Source: an uncultured Bacteroidaceae bacterium
GTDB lineage: Bacteria; Bacillota; Clostridia; Christensenellales; CAG-917
DNA length: 64,000 nucleotides
Reading direction: 5' to 3'
NCBI GenBank assembly: GCA_964637515.1
Contig: CAZWUI010000004.1
Span: 42,324-106,323 of the forward strand
Every line of letters begins with the position of its first letter. Positions within the stretch are counted from its first letter, which is position 1. Positions 56,095-64,000 of this stretch are shown in pieces. Under the pieces are notes generated by a model that did not search any database, was not told the DNA's origin, and was given only the letters and a program-made list of their open reading frames with translations. A program made the position numbers and the translations under genes.

Positions 56095-57098
56095 AAGTGA
56101 CAAGAGAAAAACATTTTGACGACTACGAAGCGCTCGTTATGCTTTTCGGTGAGTTGGACGGAAATGTTCAACGGATTGAAGACGCTTTCAACGTCAAGAT
56201 TTTCACGGCAAGTTCTGCGATGAAAATCTCGGGGGAAGAAGAAAACGTCGCGGATGCTATTTCCGCAATTGACGCAATCGTCACCCTCGCAAAAAAGGAA
56301 ACCTTGACCACTCAACAGATTTGTATGGTCATAGATATGGTGAAAGGCGGACGCATCGCATCTTTGAACGACTTGCTCGGCACGGTCGCAATCACGTCGA
56401 AAGGCAAGATTATTCGCCCGAAATCCTTGGGACAAAAGGAATACGTGGACGCCATTCGCAAGAATAAAATCGTATTCGGCGTGGGACCTGCGGGTACGGG
56501 CAAAACCTATCTTGCGGTTGCGCTTGCGGTGTATGCGCTGAAAAATCACGACGTAGAGCGGATAATTCTCACTCGTCCCGCGGTGGAAGCGGGGGAGAAA
56601 CTCGGATTTTTACCGGGCGACCTTGCGGACAAAGTCGATCCATATCTTCGTCCTATATACGACGCTTTGCAGGATATGATGGGCGCGGACGGATATATGA
56701 AGTATATCGAACGTGGAAATATCGAAATCGCACCTCTTGCCTATATGCGCGGGCGCACGTTGAGCAACAGTTTCATCATTCTCGACGAGGCGCAAAACAC
56801 CACCAAAGAGCAAATGAAAATGTTTCTGACTCGTATGGGGGAAGGGAGCAAAATCGTCGTCACGGGGGATATAACTCAAATCGACTTGCCCAGGCACGTA
56901 ACGAGTGGTATGAAAGACGCAATCGACGTGCTGAAAAACGTGCAAGACATCGAAGTCGTGCGTTTGAGTTACCGCGACGTAGTCCGTCACGAACTCGTTT
57001 CGCGCATAATCAAGGCGTACGAGGAAGCGGACGAAAGACGAGAAAAACAAAAGAATAATACCGACGGAATTTCCGACTCGGAGGATAATAATGATTGA
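56091..57098 (+). CDS. phoH: PhoH-family ATPase
   Basis: 335 aa. Walker A GPAGTGKTYLAVA, ILDEAQN, VVTGDITQIDLP. Confidence 0.9.
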   Translation: MKVTREKHFDDYEALVMLFGELDGNVQRIEDAFNVKIFTASSAMKISGEEENVADAISAIDAIVTLAKKETLTTQQICMVIDMVKGGRIASLNDLLGTVAITSKGKIIRPKSLGQKEYVDAIRKNKIVFGVGPAGTGKTYLAVALAVYALKNHDVERIILTRPAVEAGEKLGFLPGDLADKVDPYLRPIYDALQDMMGADGYMKYIERGNIEIAPLAYMRGRTLSNSFIILDEAQNTTKEQMKMFLTRMGEGSKIVVTGDITQIDLPRHVTSGMKDAIDVLKNVQDIEVVRLSYRDVVRHELVSRIIKAYEEADERREKQKNNTDGISDSEDNND

Positions 57099-58566
57099 CG
57101 ATATCAAAGAATTGACAACCAGTCAAAAAGAAAGAAAACTTAAAACGCAGAATATGTTCGTTGCGTTTGGCAAAACCCTGCCTTTAAGCATAGTCGCAAT
57201 CGCAGGTATGTGCTTATACTCGATATTTATGACGGGGAATTTTCTCGGTGCGTTCACCCCTGAAAGCGGACTCGAAACCGCGGGGCGTTTCTGCATGGTC
57301 GGGCTGCTTATGCTCGCACTGTTTTTCGTCGTTTATCCGTATTCGGACAATGGCAAATTTGCGGTCAGGAATTTCACTCTAATCACGACGATGCTGATCA
57401 TCACCTATATTGCTAGCATAACGACGGTACGCTATTTGAGCGTATACGTCATGCCCGTTGCGATAGCGTCCCTGATTTTGCTCGAACTCATTGACAGAAA
57501 AACCGCACTTTCGTCCACGGCTGTGCTTTGTATGCTACTTCTCGTATCTTACGTTTTCACCAATCAGACTACGAATAACGCATACGCACTCGACCTTGTC
57601 ATAACGTCGGTGATTGCCAACGCATTTGGCGGAGTTGCAATATGTTTCTTCGTCAACAAGCACTTCACAAGACTCAAATTTTTGCTCGTCGCACTCGCGG
57701 GCGGACTCGTCGTCGTGCCTATCGTTGTGACTTGCACGATAACCGAAGGCAACTTCACCCTCGATATACTTTTCAACTCTCTTTGGGCGTATGGTTCTCA
57801 AGTGGTATCTGTGTTTGTGTTTATGCCTCTCGTCGCAATCTGCGAAGGTATCTTCAATATCGCGGACGACTTCAGACTGAACGAACTCACCAATCTCAAT
57901 CATCCGCTTTTGAAACGTCTTGCAAGCGAAGCACCTGGCACGTTCAATCACTCCCTTGTCGTAGGCAATCTTGCCGAAGCGTGTGCGGAAGCGATAGGGG
58001 AAAATCCTCACCTTGCTCGTTGTGCGGCGTACTATCACGATATAGGCAAGTTGAAAGCGCCTATCTATTTCTCCGAAAATCAATCGACGTACAACCCCCA
58101 CGACGAACTCATACCCGAAGTCAGCGTGAGTATGATCACGTCCCATACGCTTTTCGGTGAGATACTTGCAAATCAATACCACCTTCCCCCCGAAATCGTT
58201 GCGATTTGTCGCGAACACCACGGCACCGCACCCGTCGGATATTTCTATCGCAAGGCGTTGTCCTTGACGGAAGAAGGGGACCTTGCATCCGCAAACTACG
58301 CATATTCCGGACCAAAACCCCAAAGCAAAATTTCCGCAATCGTTATGGTGACGGACACAGTGGAAGCGGCGTGCAGAGCGAATATGCCCGACAACAAGGA
58401 CGAATTTGTTGCGAAAATCAATAAACTCGTGGACGAAAAACTGGCGCTCGGACAATTCGACGAATGCCCGCTCACCATGCAGGATATAAGCACAATCAAG
58501 ACGACGATAATCGAAGTCTTGCCCAGTATTCACCACAGCAGAGTGTCTTACGAGAAGAAGAGATGA
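57091..58566 (+). CDS. 7TM-HD (HDIG) membrane phosphohydrolase, PgpH/YqfF-like
   Basis: 491 aa. Multi-TM N-half, then HSLVVGNLAE...AAYYHDIGK...EHHG. Shorter than B. subtilis YqfF (no large extracellular N-domain). Confidence 0.8.
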   Translation: MIDDIKELTTSQKERKLKTQNMFVAFGKTLPLSIVAIAGMCLYSIFMTGNFLGAFTPESGLETAGRFCMVGLLMLALFFVVYPYSDNGKFAVRNFTLITTMLIITYIASITTVRYLSVYVMPVAIASLILLELIDRKTALSSTAVLCMLLLVSYVFTNQTTNNAYALDLVITSVIANAFGGVAICFFVNKHFTRLKFLLVALAGGLVVVPIVVTCTITEGNFTLDILFNSLWAYGSQVVSVFVFMPLVAICEGIFNIADDFRLNELTNLNHPLLKRLASEAPGTFNHSLVVGNLAEACAEAIGENPHLARCAAYYHDIGKLKAPIYFSENQSTYNPHDELIPEVSVSMITSHTLFGEILANQYHLPPEIVAICREHHGTAPVGYFYRKALSLTEEGDLASANYAYSGPKPQSKISAIVMVTDTVEAACRANMPDNKDEFVAKINKLVDEKLALGQFDECPLTMQDISTIKTTIIEVLPSIHHSRVSYEKKR

Positions 58567-59030
58567 TTAGAACAAACGGCGTGAAATTCAAGGAAAAAAG
58601 GCTCATGAAAGCCGTTGAAAAAGCGGTTTTCTCTGCGCTCGGTCAGGATAATTTTTTCGTGACGGATATCGACGTCGTGGACGAAGATACCATAAAGGCA
58701 TATAACCGCGAGCAAAGAAACGTGGACTCGGTCACCGACGTGTTGAGTTTTCCGTACTTCGAGAAAATGACCTTGCCAAAGTCTATCGACGACTTTTCCG
58801 ACGACGACTTCGACGGAAAAAGAGTTATGCTCGGCAGTCTTATGATATGCAGAAAGCGCGCGGAAGAGCAGGCGAAAGAGTACGGGCACTCCTATGACAG
58901 AGAAATCGGCTTTTTGACTTGTCACGGACTTTTGCACCTTCTCGGTTTCGACCATATTGAAAAGTGCGACGAAGAAGTTATGATGCCACTTCAAGAAAAA
59001 ATTATGAATAGCGTTCATCTTTATAGATAA
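58563..59030 (+). CDS. ybeY: rRNA maturation endoribonuclease YbeY
   Basis: 155 aa from ATG 58563 (ATGA overlap with the upstream stop). HGLLHLLGFDH zinc motif. Confidence 0.9.
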   Translation: MIRTNGVKFKEKRLMKAVEKAVFSALGQDNFFVTDIDVVDEDTIKAYNREQRNVDSVTDVLSFPYFEKMTLPKSIDDFSDDDFDGKRVMLGSLMICRKRAEEQAKEYGHSYDREIGFLTCHGLLHLLGFDHIEKCDEEVMMPLQEKIMNSVHLYR

Positions 59031-59043
59031 ACACGGTAGGAAA

Positions 59044-59952
59044 ATGAAATCAGGATTTATTTGTATCACGGGGCTTGCTAACGCAGGCAAATCAACTCTC
59101 ATTAACTCCCTTGTCGGAGAGAAAGTCGCAATCGTATCTTGGCGTCCGCAGACAACGAGAAATAAGATTCTCGGAATCGTAAACGGCGAAAAGAGCGGAG
59201 AAGAATATCAAATGGTATTCATCGACACCCCCGGCATTCACGAAACGAGAAATCATCTCGGAGAATATATGATGAAGTCCGTCGAGTCGGGCATGAAAGA
59301 CGTGGACGGCATTTTGTACGTCATCGACACCGCAAAGGGCATTCAAAAGGAAGACTACGAGTTTTTCGAGAAGAATGCGGATAGGGATAACGTCGTCGTC
59401 ATTCTCAACAAGGAAGACTCCGTCACAAAACAAACCATGCTCGACGCATTGCAAAAACTCACCGCATTTCCTTTCATCAAAGCGGTTGTGCCGGCGTCCG
59501 CAAAGAAAGCGCAAAACCTCGAACCCGTCCTTGACGAACTTTTCGATATGCTCCCCGAAGGAGAGAGATTTTTCCCCGAAGATATGTTCACGGACAGTTC
59601 AATGCGTTTTATGGCGGCGGAAATCATTCGCGAAAAGGCACTCTACCTGCTCGACAAGGAAATTCCTTACGGTATCGGCGTGTATATCAACAAGTTCGAG
59701 ATGAGAGAAGATAAACCCATCTACGATATAGACGCGGACGTCATCGTCGAAAGACCGTCCCATAAGGCTATCGTCATAGGCAAGGGCGGTGCGACTCTCA
59801 AACAAATCGCAAGCGGTGCAAGAAAAGACCTTGAAGAATTGACGGGGGAGAAAGTTTTTCTCACTCTCTACGTGAAAGTCAAACCCGATTGGCGCAATAG
59901 CGATTATCTCATGCGTGAACTCGGCTACGACGTCAAGGACCTCAAAAAATAA
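59044..59952 (+). CDS. era: GTPase Era
   Basis: 302 aa. G1 GLANAGKST, G3 DTPG, G4 NKED, C-terminal KH domain (VIGKGGATLKQI). Confidence 0.95.
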   Translation: MKSGFICITGLANAGKSTLINSLVGEKVAIVSWRPQTTRNKILGIVNGEKSGEEYQMVFIDTPGIHETRNHLGEYMMKSVESGMKDVDGILYVIDTAKGIQKEDYEFFEKNADRDNVVVILNKEDSVTKQTMLDALQKLTAFPFIKAVVPASAKKAQNLEPVLDELFDMLPEGERFFPEDMFTDSSMRFMAAEIIREKALYLLDKEIPYGIGVYINKFEMREDKPIYDIDADVIVERPSHKAIVIGKGGATLKQIASGARKDLEELTGEKVFLTLYVKVKPDWRNSDYLMRELGYDVKDLKK

Positions 59953-60650
59953 TGGAAGCAAAGAAAGTCACGGCAATTGTAACGCGGGCGGTACGCTACA
60001 ACGAAACGGATATGATTTTGACTCTCGTATCCATCGAAGAAGGCAAACTCACCGCAACCGCAAAAGGCTGTCTGAAACCAAAGGCAAAATTGCGCTACTC
60101 GGCAGAGCCTATGAATTTCGGGGAGTATATGCTTGCGGGAAAGAGCAATCGCTATGTGGTTGCGGATTGCGCACAGATTGAGAGTTTTATGCCTCTCACT
60201 CTCGAAATCGACAAGTACTATTCGGCGTCGTATATTCTCGAAGCACTGACGAAGTTGTCTCCTGAAAGTCAACCGAAGTTGTTTTTGCACGCTATCGAAA
60301 CACTGAAAGGTATGGCGTATGAAAACGTCGGTGCGGAAGAAGGGATGACGAAATTCTTGTTGCACGCACTCTCCGACAACGGTTACAACCTTGACTTTTC
60401 GACGTGCAACGTATGCAAATGCGTGCTTGACGGAGAAGCGGTATTTTCCGAAAGGGACGGTATCGTATGTCCGCACTGTGCGGGTTTCGACGGCATAGTC
60501 ATAGACAAAAATTTGCGGGCGTATCTTGCGGGTGAAAACCAAGATATACCCAATGCACTCAAAACAAACGCTAATCTCATTTTGAGCGACGTGGCATACT
60601 CTATGCTCGGACTCAAAATGAGCAAACACTATTTTACGGAGCAAATATGA
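59952..60650 (+). CDS. recO: DNA repair protein RecO
   Basis: 232 aa. OB-fold N-terminus and CNVC...CPHC zinc motif. TAATG overlap with era. Confidence 0.85.
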   Translation: MEAKKVTAIVTRAVRYNETDMILTLVSIEEGKLTATAKGCLKPKAKLRYSAEPMNFGEYMLAGKSNRYVVADCAQIESFMPLTLEIDKYYSASYILEALTKLSPESQPKLFLHAIETLKGMAYENVGAEEGMTKFLLHALSDNGYNLDFSTCNVCKCVLDGEAVFSERDGIVCPHCAGFDGIVIDKNLRAYLAGENQDIPNALKTNANLILSDVAYSMLGLKMSKHYFTEQI

Positions 60651-62464
60651 AAAAAATCGCAACACTCATCATCGCAACGATTCTCGCAGTCAGTTTCGTC
60701 GTAGGCTTCGCAGCCTGCAACAAAACGGACAAGGACGCACCCATCGACCTTCTCGAAATCTACACAAACGATCTTTCGCAAGGGGAGTTTACGTCCTACG
60801 AAACCGTGATTTCCGCACTTCCTGACGGTTGGGGACTCTACGCTCCCGGAAAGTCGAGCAGTGCATACAAAAACTCGGATAGCGGTTATCTTTCGGATAT
60901 CGACGCTTTCGTGCTCAGCAAAACCGTGGGGAGCAACACCATACTCACCATTATGAAATGCGGAGCGAGCGACGTCACATTCCCTGAAAACCTTGCGATC
61001 AACGCATTGAGAGTGAAAAACGGCGTGGTCGTGTTGAAAGACGTCAACGGCGATATTTCAATATGCAACGTGCAAAACGGCGGAGTCATCATTCCGCGCG
61101 GTGTGATTTCCGGACTCACGAGCAGTGATACCATTGACAAAGCGGTCAAGATTTTGTCAGAAGACCTCATCGCAGTCAATCCCAAATTCGACAAAAACGC
61201 AACGTCGAATAAAGATTACACCACCATTTATCGCATATCTACGGGAAGCCCCGTTGTCAGAATCAAAAACGCAGGCGGAGATATAAGTTGTCTTGCAGGT
61301 TTCGACCATGATTTCATCGTGTCCACAGACACGAAAGAGGATAGTGTCGAAGTGTCCAGAATTTTCAAAATTCCTGCGACCGCAACCGCACTCACTACCT
61401 ACGATGGCACTGAATACGGCTACTATCCCGACAACGGCAACGACGAATATTACAACGAAATAACCTATATGGGCGGTGGCAAATTCTTCATCCACGAGGA
61501 CTGGCAAGTGGACGTCGAAGAAAATAAGGACGCCGATTACGACTATCAATACAACGGCACCTACTATAAGGCGTATCGCTATATCTACGATGCAAATTCC
61601 GACACCAGAAAAGCATTCGTATCCGACTACTATTTCCTCAACCTGTCCAACAAATACTACGGTTCCGAGCGCACGGGTATCTCCGCAAAATCCATTCTCA
61701 ACGACGGATATTACTATGCGACTTACTGTATCATCGTTGATAGCAACAAAAACGGCTACTACGACCAATTCATACTCGACGAGAAATTCAATATTGTGGC
61801 GTCTCTTTCGGGCAATCTCGGCGTGAGCGTCGGCGACGTCGAAAACGCAAAAGAGATTTCCTATTTCGATTTGGCACTTGCGTACGTGGACGAAATCGGG
61901 GTAGTCCCCCTTCCGTCGAGCGGACTTCGCGCAGTGGATAGAAACGGCAATGTCATCTTTGAAGATAAGTCCGTAGTCGTCACTGCGGCGGCGTACAATA
62001 GCGGAATGATCATCGCATCAAAACAAAATGCAAACGGCGATATAGTCTACGGCGCATACAACCTTGACGGTCAAAGAGTCGCTGATTTCAAGTATACGAG
62101 CATTGATCCTTTCCTCGGATATTACACGATAGCGGTCAACAACGGCAAAGCGGTCCTTCTCTCGAAAGACGGTAAGGAAGTCGAGAAAATGAGCGATAAT
62201 TCCGTGCCTCTTGCGGATATGGCGAAAACGTCGTCCAAGACGAATATCTACAAACTCGGTTGCTATATGTACACCGAAAAGAGAGACGGCACGTCCTACT
62301 TTGGCATCAAAAACCTCAATGCAAACGTCGAAAATAACGTAATCATAGAAGCAAATATGATCACGGGAAGTCTGTTGTATTCCCCTGATGGAAGTCCTGC
62401 GGACGTTTTCGTGTTTGCGAAATACAATGAAAACGACACCTTTGCGGTGTACAAACTCAAATGA
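60647..62464 (+). CDS. Large putative lipoprotein, unknown function
   Basis: 605 aa. MKKIATLIIATILAVSFVVGFAAC signal/lipobox. Tyr/Asn/Gly-rich beta-type sequence with degenerate WG-like repeats near the C-terminus. ATGA overlaps on both sides. Confidence 0.6.
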   Translation: MKKIATLIIATILAVSFVVGFAACNKTDKDAPIDLLEIYTNDLSQGEFTSYETVISALPDGWGLYAPGKSSSAYKNSDSGYLSDIDAFVLSKTVGSNTILTIMKCGASDVTFPENLAINALRVKNGVVVLKDVNGDISICNVQNGGVIIPRGVISGLTSSDTIDKAVKILSEDLIAVNPKFDKNATSNKDYTTIYRISTGSPVVRIKNAGGDISCLAGFDHDFIVSTDTKEDSVEVSRIFKIPATATALTTYDGTEYGYYPDNGNDEYYNEITYMGGGKFFIHEDWQVDVEENKDADYDYQYNGTYYKAYRYIYDANSDTRKAFVSDYYFLNLSNKYYGSERTGISAKSILNDGYYYATYCIIVDSNKNGYYDQFILDEKFNIVASLSGNLGVSVGDVENAKEISYFDLALAYVDEIGVVPLPSSGLRAVDRNGNVIFEDKSVVVTAAAYNSGMIIASKQNANGDIVYGAYNLDGQRVADFKYTSIDPFLGYYTIAVNNGKAVLLSKDGKEVEKMSDNSVPLADMAKTSSKTNIYKLGCYMYTEKRDGTSYFGIKNLNANVENNVIIEANMITGSLLYSPDGSPADVFVFAKYNENDTFAVYKLK

Positions 62465-63441
62465 CGGAAATACTAAAAGCGCAGGACGGACTCGACCGCG
62501 CGGTGCAACTCATCAAACAGGGCGACTTGGTCGTTTTTCCCACCGAAACCGTATACGGACTCGGTGCGGATGCCTTTAACGCGGAAGCGGTGAAAAAGAT
62601 TTTCGTGGCAAAGGGTAGACCGCAGGACAATCCGCTCATCGTGCATATCTCGTCGATTGATGAAGTGAAAGAAATCGCAACGGATATTCCCGACGCTTTC
62701 TACAAAATAGCGGAAAAGTATATGCCCGGTCCCATCTCCGTCATCTTGAAAAAGAGCGACAAAATTCCTTACGCCGTCACGGCGGGGGGAGAAACGGTTG
62801 CGGTGCGTATGCCGTCAAATCCCTACACGAGAGAATTGATTGCAAGAAGTGCGCCCTTGGCGGCTCCGTCCGCAAACAAGAGCAAACACGTATCACCAAC
62901 GAGCGCACAACACGTCTACGACGATTTGAACGGAGAAGTGAAACTCATTCTTGACGACGGTCCTTGCTCTGTCGGTATCGAAAGCACAGTGTTCGATTTG
63001 ACCACGGATACGCCTACCATTTTACGTCCGGGTGCGATAACCGCGGAAATGCTATCCGAAATCGTAGGGGACGTCAATGAAAACGGAAAAGTCATCAAAA
63101 TCGCAAAATCCCCCGGAATGAAATATACCCACTATGCGCCGAAAGTGGAAACCGTCGTTGCAGAGAATATCGAGCACGCAGTTTGCGAATACGACAAGAG
63201 CGTAAAGGACGGCAAAAATCCCGTTCTTGTGTTCAGGGACGTCTACCGCGACAAGACGGAAGATAGGAATATCATCGACCTCGGAATTACCGCGGAAGAC
63301 TATGCACGCAACGTTTATTCCGCTTTGAGAAAGGCGGAAAATATCTACGATGAAATCATCGTCGAAAAACTCGACGGTAGCGGAATTGAATTTTCGGTCA
63401 TGAATAGAGTGATGAAAGCCGCGTCAAACAGGGTTGTGTGA
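62461..63441 (+). CDS. tsaC: L-threonylcarbamoyladenylate synthase (Sua5/YwlC long form)
   Basis: 326 aa. VVFPTETVYGLGADAF, KGRPQDNPLIVH, SANKS, plus a Sua5 C-terminal domain. Confidence 0.9.
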   Translation: MTEILKAQDGLDRAVQLIKQGDLVVFPTETVYGLGADAFNAEAVKKIFVAKGRPQDNPLIVHISSIDEVKEIATDIPDAFYKIAEKYMPGPISVILKKSDKIPYAVTAGGETVAVRMPSNPYTRELIARSAPLAAPSANKSKHVSPTSAQHVYDDLNGEVKLILDDGPCSVGIESTVFDLTTDTPTILRPGAITAEMLSEIVGDVNENGKVIKIAKSPGMKYTHYAPKVETVVAENIEHAVCEYDKSVKDGKNPVLVFRDVYRDKTEDRNIIDLGITAEDYARNVYSALRKAENIYDEIIVEKLDGSGIEFSVMNRVMKAASNRVV

Positions 63442-63442
63442 T

Positions 63443-63889
63443 ATGAAAGTCACCTTCGTTTGCGTCGGGAATATGTGCAGGAGTCCGCTTGTCGCAAGAC
63501 TCTTCGAGGTGTATGCGCAAAGCCAAAACTTCGATTGCGAGACAGACAGCGCAGGACTTATGGACCACAAAGTTGCGCAGTCTGAAAATTCGGTGGCGGT
63601 CTTGAAAGAAATGGGGATAACTCCAAAGGCGCATACGTCCAAACTCATCACGAAAACGCTTGTCGATGAAAGCGATTTGATTGTCGCAATGACGGACAGG
63701 ATAAGGGATAAGTTGATTGAAAAATTCGACTGCTCGGATAAAGTCGTGTCTTTGTCGGACGACAGACTTCTCGGCAAAGAAGTGGACGACCCGTACGGAT
63801 TTGATATGACGACTTATCGCGAAGTCGGGAAAGACCTCGCGCGCGCGTGTCCTTATATATTAACGCTCCTGCGCAAAAGGATGGTATAA
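63443..63889 (+). CDS. Low-molecular-weight protein phosphatase (YwlE-like Tyr/Arg phosphatase)
   Basis: P-loop VCVGNMCRSP and a DDPYG-type Asp loop. Follows the ywlC homologue as in B. subtilis. ATG 63443 is preferred to GTG 63434. Confidence 0.85.
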   Translation: MKVTFVCVGNMCRSPLVARLFEVYAQSQNFDCETDSAGLMDHKVAQSENSVAVLKEMGITPKAHTSKLITKTLVDESDLIVAMTDRIRDKLIEKFDCSDKVVSLSDDRLLGKEVDDPYGFDMTTYREVGKDLARACPYILTLLRKRMV

Positions 63890-63916
63890 AATCACAAAAA
63901 CTATATTTTAACGATT

Positions 63917-63950
63917 GAAATCGGTGCGATTAAGCACCGATTTCGTTTAT
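63917..63950. terminator. Bidirectional rho-independent terminator
   Basis: Stem gaaatcggtgc / gcaccgatttc, 6-nt loop. Confidence 0.7.
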
Positions 63951-64000
63951 AATCCGTTCAGAAGTTCTTTGAAAATCTTGATATGTATTTCTTCGTCGAG

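Noticed and set aside
63947-64000. Possible 3' end of a minus-strand gene at the window edge (…LDEEIHIKIFKELLNGL-stop)
   Set aside because: Only 17 codons are visible. The terminator at 63917-63950 fits, but that is too little sequence to support a call.

Overview
The window looks like a chromosomal segment of a spore-forming Firmicute, Clostridia-like. Supporting evidence is yqfC/yqfD, Bacillus-type gene strings, TTGACA-17-TATAAT promoters and GGAGG ribosome-binding sites. Coding density is about 90% and most of it is housekeeping. Recognisable blocks are dnaG-rpoD-trmK-nif3-COG1579, lacZ-thrS, infC-rpmI-rplT, yebC, proA, nifS-nifU, degV-apbE-NusG_II-Gx transporter, murG, a type IIA topoisomerase pair, DUF1846, pepF and dnaB. 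A tightly packed yqfC-yqfD-phoH-pgpH-ybeY-era-recO-lipoprotein-tsaC-phosphatase string closes the window. There is also a csoR-copA copper operon with a recognisable operator, two rubrerythrins, and a stand-alone tRNA-Ala/tRNA-Ile pair. I saw no rRNA, CRISPR array, transposase, integrase, phage gene or recognisable defence system. The least ordinary content is as follows. (1) A giant ORF of more than 2570 aa, open at the 5' window edge, encodes a GGTF-repeat surface protein with duplicated Cys/His modules and a C-terminal TM anchor. (2) A 2.4-kb two-gene islet (macrodomain-HTH fusion plus a small vWA protein) sits between thrS and infC, bordered by a short repeat that recurs at 34.1 kb. (3) DnaB carries an acidic C-terminal extension that ends in an SSB-like DLPF tip. 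(4) Two small well-signalled genes near 15 kb encode a stand-alone FtsK-gamma-like winged helix and a 47-aa Lys/Ser/Cys-rich peptide. (5) Several leader or promoter oddities occur: an infC attenuator-like leader, a perfect 17-bp palindrome over the proA promoter, and a SigE-type promoter abutting the yqfC ATG. I did not find a convincing multi-gene system of unknown function. All family calls come from motif recognition by eye, with no searches run.
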